From contig JAZNJF010000508.1 of assembly GCA_045577885.1 (NCBI GenBank), forward strand, positions 1 through 59,446: DNA of 59,446 nt, given 5' to 3'. Shown here in pieces: positions 8,315-16,417 of this stretch. The notes below the pieces were generated by a model that saw only the letters and a program-made list of their open reading frames with translations, was not told where the DNA came from and ran no database searches. Positions within the stretch are counted from its first letter, which is position 1, and each line of letters starts with the position of its first letter. Source of the stretch: Thermoguttaceae bacterium. GTDB lineage: Bacteria > Planctomycetota > Planctomycetia > Pirellulales > Thermoguttaceae. A program made the position numbers and the translations under genes.

Positions 8315-10060
8315 ATGGAAAACGCCTCGTCGGAAAACGTCCGCTCGTTTTTTGGGAAAACGCTCTTTTTTTACGGTCGGCTCGCCTTTTCGACGCGCCG
8401 CGACGCCGAGCGGTTCGCCCGCGAACGCGGTTTCCGGGTCGCTTCGACGCTTCGCGAAACGGTCGACCGAATCGTTCTCGGCGAAGGAGAGCCGCTCGCG
8501 CAAGTTCGGGCCCGACTCGCCGCCGAGTTCGACGAACGCTCGCGGCGCGCTTTCGAGTTGGGAACGCTCGCCGTCGTTTCGGAAACGCAATTTTGGGACG
8601 AATTAGCGGCGACATATCCGACCGACGCGCCGAAATCGCTCCCAACGTCTCAATCGCCGACGCCGCCGTTAACGCCGGAAGAACCTCGCCGCTCGCCGAA
8701 CAACGCGTTTCTCTTCCCGGAACTCGCCCCTCGCTCGCTTCCGCCGACGCCGACCGAATTAAAAACGGAAGCGGAAGCCGCGTCGGAGCCGGAACCGACG
8801 CTCGAAACGCTCGAAGAACTCGCCGCGTCCGAACAATTCGGCTGCACTCCGGCCGCGCTCGCGGAGCTGGTCGGCGTCTCGATCGAAACGGTTCGACGTT
8901 GGCGCCGTCGCGGGCTCCTCTCGACGACGGTCGAAAACGGGCGGCTCCCGTCGTTCTCGACGCGCGCCGTTCTCGTCGCCAAGCGGCTCGCGTTCCTTTG
9001 CTCGACCGGGCTTTCCGACGAGTTCGTCGAACGCCGCGTCGCCGCGTTTCGCGATTTCGGCCCGGACGCGGAGTCGATTATTTTGCGCCTAACCCTCTCG
9101 AGCGACGGTCGCGACGTTCTCCTCGACGGCGACGCGGGTCCGGTCGACTTCCGCGGCCAACGCCGGTTCGATTTCGGCGCGCTCCCAACCGACGGTTCCG
9201 GGCCGATTCCGCCGACGCCGCCCTTTCTTTCGCAAGCGGAGGAGGAAATCGCGTTGGCCGAACGCCTCGCCGAACGATTCGAAACGCCGATCCAAGCGTC
9301 CGAACCGCTCGCGCCGCCGCCGTTTCTCGCGTTTTTCGCCGATTCGCCGACTCCGGTCGCGCCAACTTCGCCTATTCTTCCCAATTCGTCCGTTTCGTCA
9401 AGTTCGCCCAATTCCCCAAGCTCGCCGACTCGCGTCGCCAAAGCGCCGACGAAACGAATCGAGTTTTCCGCCGCCCCGTCGACGCGGTTCGACTTTTCCG
9501 TTTCCCCCTTTTCCGACGCCGAACAAACGACGCGCCCCGTTCTCGCGTTCGACAAAGCCGCTCGCGAACGTTGGCGCGACGCGACGAAACGCCGAGTCGT
9601 CCGACTTTGCGAATCCGCTTGGAACCTCGAACGCGAAGGGTATTGGGAAGAAGCGGCGCGGCTCTATCGCGGCGCGCTCTTGGCGGGCGGGCTCGACGCC
9701 GGCGTCTGCTTCCGGTTGGGAAAACTCCTTTATTTGCTCGGCGACTTCGCGGCGGCTCGCGAACGATTTTACGCGACGCTCGAACTCGACGAAGATTTCG
9801 TCGACGCTCGCTTCGAGTTGGCGAAAACGCTCGTCGCGCTCGGCGAGTTCGACGACGCGGCCGCCGCGTTCGAAGGCGCGCTCGCCGAACGTCCGGACGA
9901 CCCGAACGTCCGCTTCGAACTCGGGAAACTTTATCTTCGACTCGGACGCCGGGAAGCCGCCGTCGACGAACTGCGCCAAGCCGCCGCGACGCTCGACGAC
10001 GAAAAAATCGCCGACGACGTTCGCCGCCTCCTCTTCGCGTTGGCGCGCAACGATTTTTAA
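8315..10060 (+). CDS. BRCT-like + MerR-type HTH + Pro/Ser-rich linker + TPR protein
   Basis: FFGKTLFFYGRL...RRDAERFARERGFRV resembles a BRCT start. AALAELVGVSIETVRRWRRRGLL is HTH-like. The C-terminal ~170 aa are TPR-like (WEEAARLYRGALLAG..., FDDAAAAFEGALAERPDDP...). The ATG at 8315 is preferred over the track's TTG at 8267. Confidence 0.6.
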   Translation: MENASSENVRSFFGKTLFFYGRLAFSTRRDAERFARERGFRVASTLRETVDRIVLGEGEPLAQVRARLAAEFDERSRRAFELGTLAVVSETQFWDELAATYPTDAPKSLPTSQSPTPPLTPEEPRRSPNNAFLFPELAPRSLPPTPTELKTEAEAASEPEPTLETLEELAASEQFGCTPAALAELVGVSIETVRRWRRRGLLSTTVENGRLPSFSTRAVLVAKRLAFLCSTGLSDEFVERRVAAFRDFGPDAESIILRLTLSSDGRDVLLDGDAGPVDFRGQRRFDFGALPTDGSGPIPPTPPFLSQAEEEIALAERLAERFETPIQASEPLAPPPFLAFFADSPTPVAPTSPILPNSSVSSSSPNSPSSPTRVAKAPTKRIEFSAAPSTRFDFSVSPFSDAEQTTRPVLAFDKAARERWRDATKRRVVRLCESAWNLEREGYWEEAARLYRGALLAGGLDAGVCFRLGKLLYLLGDFAAARERFYATLELDEDFVDARFELAKTLVALGEFDDAAAAFEGALAERPDDPNVRFELGKLYLRLGRREAAVDELRQAAATLDDEKIADDVRRLLFALARNDF

Positions 10061-10123
10061 ACGTTTTTCAACCGTCGCGCCGAAAATAACTTGCGAACGC
10101 CCGACTTTCCCCTTTCAAACGCT

Positions 10124-10160
10124 AAAACGCCGCGTCGAGCGAACTCGAACGCGGCGTTTT
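10124..10160. terminator. Bidirectional intrinsic terminator between convergent genes
   Basis: AAAACGCCGCG-N15-CGCGGCGTTTT. The GC-rich stem is flanked by an A-run and a T-run. Confidence 0.65.
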
Positions 10161-10213
10161 CGTTTTCCGTTTTTCCCTTTTTCCTTTCCGCTTCTTCAAG
10201 CGGCGTTAATCGG

Positions 10214-11293
10214 TCATTTCGCGAATTTTTCAATCGGCGGCGTCGGAACCGTTTCGAGCAACTTCGCGATAATTTTATCGGTCGTCATCCCCTCGGCTTG
10301 CGCTTGGAAGTTCGCGCCGACCCGCTTGCGCAGAACCGGAATCGCGGCGGCTTTGACGTCCTCGACCGAAACGGCGAACCGCCCGTCCATCGCGGCGAAC
10401 GCTTTCCCGCCGTTGATCAAATATTGCCCGGCGCGCGGCCCGGCGCCCCAGTCGACCAACTCGCGAACGAACTCCGGCGCGCTCGGGTCGGCCGGTCGCG
10501 TCGCTCGAACGAGCCGCGCCGCGTATTGAATAACGTACTGGCTGACGGCGACCGACGAAACGAGCTTTTGCATCCCGAGCAACGTTTTCGCGTTCAGGAG
10601 TCGACGCGGTTCGACCGATTCGCCGCGAGTCGTCGCCGTCAAAATCTTTTCCTCCTCTTCGAGCGTCGGATAGTCGATTTTGACGTTGAACATAAAGCGG
10701 TCGAGCTGCGCCTCCGGAAGCGGATACGTTCCTTCTTGGTCGATCGGGTTTTGCGTCGCGACGACCAAGAACGGCTCCGGCAGCTTGTACGTCTTCCCGG
10801 CGACGGTAACTTCCCGCTCCTGCATCGCTTGGAGCAGCGCGGACTGCGTTTTCGGCGGCGTTCGGTTGATTTCGTCGGCGAGCAAAACGTTCGTAAAAAC
10901 GGGCCCTTCGACAAAGCGGAACGTCCGTTTCCCTTGCGCGTCTTCTTCCAAAACAGTCGTTCCGGTAATGTCGGACGGCGTCAAGTCCGGGGTGAACTGA
11001 ATCCGCTGGAAATTAACGTCGAGAATCTTCGCGATCGTCGAAACGGTCAACGTTTTGGCCAACCCCGGAACGCCTTCGAGCAAACAATGTCCGCGGGTGA
11101 AAATCGCCGCGAAAATCTGTTTAATAACGTCTTTTTGCCCGACGACGACCTTCGCCAGCTCCGCTTCCAACGCCTGCCGCGTTTGCCCGAACTCCTGAAG
11201 GAGCGCGCCCAAGTCGAGCCGACCTTGCGGCGTCAACTTCGCGACGCCCGGCGCCGCCGCGTTTCCCGAATTTCCCGCTTCCGTTCTTTCCAT
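10214..11293 (-). CDS. MoxR-family AAA+ ATPase
   Basis: VVGQKDVIKQIF..HCLLEGVPGLAKT (Walker A) and LLADEINR (Walker B). Length 359 aa. Confidence 0.9.
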   Translation of the reverse strand: MERTEAGNSGNAAAPGVAKLTPQGRLDLGALLQEFGQTRQALEAELAKVVVGQKDVIKQIFAAIFTRGHCLLEGVPGLAKTLTVSTIAKILDVNFQRIQFTPDLTPSDITGTTVLEEDAQGKRTFRFVEGPVFTNVLLADEINRTPPKTQSALLQAMQEREVTVAGKTYKLPEPFLVVATQNPIDQEGTYPLPEAQLDRFMFNVKIDYPTLEEEEKILTATTRGESVEPRRLLNAKTLLGMQKLVSSVAVSQYVIQYAARLVRATRPADPSAPEFVRELVDWGAGPRAGQYLINGGKAFAAMDGRFAVSVEDVKAAAIPVLRKRVGANFQAQAEGMTTDKIIAKLLETVPTPPIEKFAK

Positions 11294-11385
11294 CGCTTCG
11301 TTTCGATTCCTTTCGTCGCTCGACGCGCTTCCCCAAACCGCCTAAGTTAACGCGGTCGACTTTTCGGCGCCGACGTTCGCTCTCG

Positions 11386-12303
11386 TTACTTTTCCAAAAA
11401 TTCGCGAATCGCCGCGATCGTTTCTTCCGGCGCGTCTTCCGTCAGGTAGTGCCCGATTCCTTTGAGTTCGCGAACGAAGGCGTTCGGGTAATACTCTTGG
11501 AACTTCTTCATGAAGATTTCCGGCGGGAAGCACCAGTCTTCCATCCCCCAAATCAGCGCGATATCTTTGTCGGCGAGCGTCGGGAGCTTTTCTTGAATCG
11601 TTTTCAGCGTCTCGTACGAGCGGTGCCGCGGCGACGTCGGAATGTCTTGAACGAATTCGCAAACGGCGATCCGGTTCGACCAAGAGTCGTAAGGCGCGAG
11701 GAGACCGGCTTTCACTTCTTCGGAGAGGCCCTTTTCGGTCGCCATTTTCGTCGCGGCGCGCGGGAAAACGTTCAAGCCTTGGAGCATAATCCGCTTCAAA
11801 ATCGGGATATGGCAAAGGCGAATCCGTTTCGGAACGCGGTCGCTCAAATACGCGGCGGTGTTCATCAGGACGATTTTCGAAAAGCGTTCCGGAATTCGCG
11901 TAACGGTTCCCATCGCGACGGCCCCGCCCCAGTCGTGCGCGATCATCGCGACGTTCTTCAAGTCGAGTTTTTCGACGAACTTGCGCAAGTCCTCGGCGCG
12001 GCGGTCGAGCGAATACGGGTACTTGCGAATCGACGGTTTCTCCGAAAGTCCGCAACCGATATGGTCGACGGCGATCGTTCGATATTTCCCGCGAAACGCC
12101 TTGATTACGTCGCGGAAAACGAACGACCAAGTCGGGTTCCCGTGCGACATTAGGAGCGTCGGGCGCTCGACGCCGTCCGGCTCGGTCGGGCCTTCGTCGA
12201 CGTAATGATATTGGAATCCGTCGATTTCGACGTAACGCGATTCAAACGGGTAAAGCGGGCGCCAAAGCGCGTCGTTTTTGGTCTTGACGGAAAAAGTCGA
12301 CAT
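11386..12303 (-). CDS. Alpha/beta hydrolase, haloalkane-dehalogenase-like
   Basis: HGNPTWSFVFR and the nucleophile elbow IAHDWGG. 305 aa. Confidence 0.8.
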   Translation of the reverse strand: MSTFSVKTKNDALWRPLYPFESRYVEIDGFQYHYVDEGPTEPDGVERPTLLMSHGNPTWSFVFRDVIKAFRGKYRTIAVDHIGCGLSEKPSIRKYPYSLDRRAEDLRKFVEKLDLKNVAMIAHDWGGAVAMGTVTRIPERFSKIVLMNTAAYLSDRVPKRIRLCHIPILKRIMLQGLNVFPRAATKMATEKGLSEEVKAGLLAPYDSWSNRIAVCEFVQDIPTSPRHRSYETLKTIQEKLPTLADKDIALIWGMEDWCFPPEIFMKKFQEYYPNAFVRELKGIGHYLTEDAPEETIAAIREFLEK

Positions 12304-12396
12304 AGCGCGATTGCTCCAAATTTTAGGGGAAACGTCGCGACGCCCAACGGCGCGAAACGACGTTCGTCGTTAATGTTGAGAAAAGGGGAAACGGCG

Positions 12397-13533
12397 TCAA
12401 AGGGCGCGATACTTCCGCAACGCTTCGAGGGTCGCCGTCATATCGGGCGGCAACGGCGCCTCGACGACGATCGTTTCGCGGGTCGTCGGATGCTCGAACG
12501 TAATTTTGCGCGCGTGCAACGCTTGACGCGCCAAAATCGGCGTCGGCCCGGCGTCGGCGGCGTCCGAATCGACGGCGTTTTTGCCGGAACGGGGCGCTCG
12601 GTCGACGATTCCGGCGAGTTCGTTTTCGGTAATCGCGGCGCGACCTCCGTACAACTTGTCGCAAAGAATCGGACAGCCGACGTGCGCCAAGTGAACGCGA
12701 ATTTGGTGCGTTCGCCCGGTTTTCGGGAGGCAGCGAATCGTCGAAAAACCGCGGAACCGCTCGTCGACTTCGAAGAACGTTTGCGCCGTCTTCGCTTCCG
12801 GGTCGTTCGGCGCGATCGTCATTCGCTCGCGGAATTTCGGGTGATGGCCGATCGGTTGGTCGACGACGTCGCGGTCGACGTTCGGAACGCCGAGAACGAT
12901 CGCGAAGTATTCCTTCTGAATCCGCTTTTCTTCGAAGAGCGCGGCGAGGTTCGCGTGCGCGACGTCGTTTTTCGCGACGATAATCGCGCCGCTCGTGTCG
13001 CGGTCGAGTCGGTGAACGATTCCCGGGCGGGCCGGGCCGCGGTTCGAACTCAACTGACCGGCGAAACGGTGCGCGAGCGCGCCGACGAGCGTTCCCGACC
13101 AATGCCCCCGCGACGGGTGAACGACCATATTCGACGGCTTGTTGATGACCGCCATATCGTCGTCTTCGAACAGAACGTCGAGCGGAATGTCCTCCGGAAT
13201 CGGCGACTCGCGCGGCGGTTCGACGAGGCGGAACGTAACGACGGAGCCCGGTTTCAGGCGGAACGACGGCTTCCCGTGTTTCCCGTCGACGGCGACGCCG
13301 TCCGCCGCTTGAATCGCTTTGCGGAGCAAGACGCGGCTGTACTGCGGGAACTTCGCGGCGAGAAAAAGGTCGAGCCGCCAACCGGCTTCGGCGTCGGAAA
13401 CGACGCGGGTCGCGACGTCGCCCGGCTTTTCGGTCGCGGGCGTCCAAAGTTCGACGTCGGCGGGCGCCTCCAATTCGTCGAGCGGTTCGAGTTCGTCGAG
13501 CGGTTCCATTTCCGGACGTTCGGCGTCGGACAT
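12397..13533 (-). CDS. RluA-family (RluD-like) 23S rRNA pseudouridine synthase
   Basis: HRLDRDTSG catalytic motif preceded by an S4-like segment. The ATG at 13533 has a GGGAGA SD and is preferred over the track's TTG at 13548. Confidence 0.85.
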   Translation of the reverse strand: MSDAERPEMEPLDELEPLDELEAPADVELWTPATEKPGDVATRVVSDAEAGWRLDLFLAAKFPQYSRVLLRKAIQAADGVAVDGKHGKPSFRLKPGSVVTFRLVEPPRESPIPEDIPLDVLFEDDDMAVINKPSNMVVHPSRGHWSGTLVGALAHRFAGQLSSNRGPARPGIVHRLDRDTSGAIIVAKNDVAHANLAALFEEKRIQKEYFAIVLGVPNVDRDVVDQPIGHHPKFRERMTIAPNDPEAKTAQTFFEVDERFRGFSTIRCLPKTGRTHQIRVHLAHVGCPILCDKLYGGRAAITENELAGIVDRAPRSGKNAVDSDAADAGPTPILARQALHARKITFEHPTTRETIVVEAPLPPDMTATLEALRKYRAL

Positions 13534-13582
13534 AAAACGTTCTCCCAAAACGGGTTAAAAATTCGCAAAAACGGCGCGTCCT

Positions 13583-13636
13583 AAAAATATCGACGGAAGC
13601 GGCGACGCGGTTCGGTTCCCCGACGCTCCGCTTCCG
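13583..13636 (-). terminator. Candidate terminator after argH
   Basis: 9-bp stem CGGAAGCGG/CCGCTTCCG (13594-13602 with 13628-13636), followed on the minus strand by a T-rich run. Confidence 0.45.
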
Positions 13637-13650
13637 ACGAAACGGCGCGA

Positions 13651-15048
13651 TTAAAGGCCCAAGCGCTCCTTCCAAGCGTCGATTTGGAAACGCACTTGCT
13701 CCGGCGCGGTCGAACCGTAACTCTTCATCGCCTTGACCGCGTTGGCGGCGCCGAGGTAATTGTAAACTTCTTCGTCGACGGCGTCGCAAACGGCGCGCAT
13801 TTCGTCGAGCGAAAGTTCGGCGAGCGCGCGGCCCGAGTCGAGCCCGATTCGCACCAAGCGCCCGACGGCGCCGTGCGCGGAGCGTTGCGGAACGCCGCGT
13901 CGAATCAGGTACTCCATCAAGCTCGTCGCGTCGAGATGGCCGCGCTCGATGCGGGCGGCGATCGACTCGCGCTTCAAAACCGTTCCGGCGACGAGCGGCG
14001 CGGCGAGGGCCAACGACGCTTCGACCGTGTCGAACGAGTCGAAAATCGGCTCTTTGTCTTCTTGCAGGTCGCGGTTGTACGCGAGCGGGAGGCCCTTCGT
14101 CAAAACGAGGAGCGACTGCAGATTCCCAATGACGCGCGCCGTCTTCCCGCGAATCAGCTCGAGGGCGTCCGGGTTGACCTTTTGCGGCATAATCGACGAC
14201 CCCGTCGAAAACGCTTGCGGAATTTGCAGGAAGCTAAATTCGACCGTCGAGTGCCAAATCCAGTCTTCGGCCCAACCGCTAAGGTGAATCGCGATTTGCG
14301 CCATATCGAACGCGAACTCGACGGCGAAGTCGCGGTCGCTCGAAACGTCGACGCTGTTGGCCGCGATCGACTCGAACCCGAGATATTCGGCGGTTTTCGT
14401 TCGATCGATAGGAAGGCTCGTTCCGGCGCAAGCGGCGGCGCCGAGCCCCATCGAGTTGACGCGTTTGCGGCAGTCGGCCAAGCGCTCGCGGTCGCGTTGG
14501 AGTTTTTCGACGTAAGCGAGCCAAATATGCGGCGCCAAGACCGGTTGCGCGCGTTGCGTGTGCGTGTACGCCGGAACGACGACGTCGAAATCGCCGTCGC
14601 AACGCCCGACGAACGCCCGTTGCAGGTCGGCGAGAAGAACGTCGAGACGGTCGATCGCGTCGCGAATCCAAAGGCGGAAGTCGGTCGAAACTTGGTCGTT
14701 GCGGCTGCGCGCGGTGTGCAGTTTGCGCCCGACGTCGCCGATTTTCTCGATCAGCGCGCCTTCGACGTGCATGTGAATATCTTCTTTCGAGATCGAGTAT
14801 TCGAAATCGCCTTTGACGATCCGCTCTTCGATCGCCGTCAGTTCGCGCTCGATCGCGGCGAACTCGTCCGCCGTCAGAATCCCGACGTCGGCGAGCATCC
14901 GAGCGTGCGCGATGGAGCCGCGGACGTCCTGCTCGTGCATTCGGCTGTCGAAACTAATGCTTTCGGAAAATTTTTCCATCCGGGCGTCGGTCGCTTCGGT
15001 GAAGACGCCCCCCCAAGCCTTGGCGGGTTTGCCGGTCGATTCGCTCAT
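13651..15048 (-). CDS. argH: Argininosuccinate lyase
   Basis: Fumarate-lyase signature [13 protein letters not shown]-terminus [10 protein letters not shown]... Confidence 0.95.
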   Translation of the reverse strand: MSESTGKPAKAWGGVFTEATDARMEKFSESISFDSRMHEQDVRGSIAHARMLADVGILTADEFAAIERELTAIEERIVKGDFEYSISKEDIHMHVEGALIEKIGDVGRKLHTARSRNDQVSTDFRLWIRDAIDRLDVLLADLQRAFVGRCDGDFDVVVPAYTHTQRAQPVLAPHIWLAYVEKLQRDRERLADCRKRVNSMGLGAAACAGTSLPIDRTKTAEYLGFESIAANSVDVSSDRDFAVEFAFDMAQIAIHLSGWAEDWIWHSTVEFSFLQIPQAFSTGSSIMPQKVNPDALELIRGKTARVIGNLQSLLVLTKGLPLAYNRDLQEDKEPIFDSFDTVEASLALAAPLVAGTVLKRESIAARIERGHLDATSLMEYLIRRGVPQRSAHGAVGRLVRIGLDSGRALAELSLDEMRAVCDAVDEEVYNYLGAANAVKAMKSYGSTAPEQVRFQIDAWKERLGL

Positions 15049-15152
15049 TTTTTCGCCGTTTTTAACCGTTTTTCGTTTGTTTTTTTCGTTAGTTTGTCAA
15101 TATATATTAATAAGCCGCTAACGCGCCGCTTTTTTCGCCGCTTTCGCCGCCG

Positions 15153-16226
15153 TCAATCGAGCGGAACGACTTCGAAGTTCTCCGGAAGGCGAACGAAACA
15201 CGCGCCCCAAGAGAGCCCGACGCCGAACCCAACCAACAAGGCGACCGAACCCGGTTTCAGGAGTCCGGCGGCGGTCGCGTCGATCATCGCGATCGGAATA
15301 CTGCTCGAAACGGTGTTGCCGCGCTCCGTCATGTCGTTGAAAAAGCGCGCTTCGTCGAGTTCGCAAAGGTCGCGCAGACGGTCGAGCATAAACTTGTTCG
15401 CTTGGTGAAAAACGAACGCGTCGATTCCGACGCCGCGTTTTTGGGCCTCCGCGACGAGCCGCTTCGTCAACGCCGGAACGACGTCGACCGAAAAATTGAA
15501 AATCCCGGGACCGTTCATGAAGAGCTGGTCTTCCGAATGGAACCCGCCGAACGCGTCGAGCGCCGGAACCGCCGTTTCGGGCGTCGACGGTTTCCGCGCC
15601 GCGCCCGCCGGAACGATCAACATCTCGGCGCCGGAACCGTCCGTTCCGAACTCGAACGGGCCGACCGTCGGCGCTCCGCTCCAAACGTCGTTCGAAACCG
15701 CGTCGACTTCGACCGCTTCGAGAAGCGTCGCGGAGGCGCCGTCCGCGAAAAGGGGACGCGTCGCTCGGTCTTCGGCGTTAATGTATTTCGAGTAAGTTTC
15801 GCCGGTTACGAAGAGGACCTTCTTCGCGACGCCGGTCTCGATCAGCCCCTTGCAAATCGAGAGGCCGTAAGGGTACCCGCTGCAGCCGAGGTTTATGTCG
15901 AACGCGCCGCACTCGCGCCGCAGTCCGAGCCGATTCTGCATAACGCAAGCGGACGACGGCAAGAAATAATCGGGCGACTGGGTGCAAAAAACGACGAAAT
16001 CGATCTCGTCCGGCGTCGCGATTCCGGCTTCGAAGAGCCGCTCCGCCGCCCGGACGCCGAGATCGAGCGCCGTTTCGTTTTCCGCCGCTATCGGTCGCGT
16101 CGCGATCCCGAGCTTGCGTCGAATTTTCTCCTCCGTCCAAAAGGGGAAAACTCGCGCCAACTCGCGATTGTCCAACCGACCGTCGGGAAGGCTCGCGGCG
16201 ATCCCTCTAATTTGCGCAACTTTCAC
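15153..16226 (-). CDS. 3-oxoacyl-ACP synthase III (FabH-like)
   Basis: N-terminus VKVAQIRGIAASLP, NLGCSGYPYG around the active-site Cys, and C-terminal GFGVGLSWGA. The GTG at 16226 fits FabH N-termini better than the track's TTG at 16238. Confidence 0.8.
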   Translation of the reverse strand: MKVAQIRGIAASLPDGRLDNRELARVFPFWTEEKIRRKLGIATRPIAAENETALDLGVRAAERLFEAGIATPDEIDFVVFCTQSPDYFLPSSACVMQNRLGLRRECGAFDINLGCSGYPYGLSICKGLIETGVAKKVLFVTGETYSKYINAEDRATRPLFADGASATLLEAVEVDAVSNDVWSGAPTVGPFEFGTDGSGAEMLIVPAGAARKPSTPETAVPALDAFGGFHSEDQLFMNGPGIFNFSVDVVPALTKRLVAEAQKRGVGIDAFVFHQANKFMLDRLRDLCELDEARFFNDMTERGNTVSSSIPIAMIDATAAGLLKPGSVALLVGFGVGLSWGACFVRLPENFEVVPLD

Positions 16227-16417
16227 AACAACTCTCAACGCGAAAAATCGCTCGACGCGCTCGCGAACGCCGTTTCTTCCCGCCGCTTCCTAAAAAACGA
16301 CGCGAAACGACGCTCCGCCAAGCGCGAAAATGTTAATTTGTCGAGGTCGAAAACGTCGACGCCGCTTCCAAACGCGCCGCCGACGTTCTCGCAACCGTTA
16401 AAACGCGACGTCCGAAA

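Noticed and set aside
10214-11293. MoxR ATPase as part of a MoxR-vWA-type system.
   Set aside because: No DUF58, vWA or Bat partners are adjacent. The downstream neighbour is convergent, so in this window it appears to be an orphan housekeeping-type MoxR.
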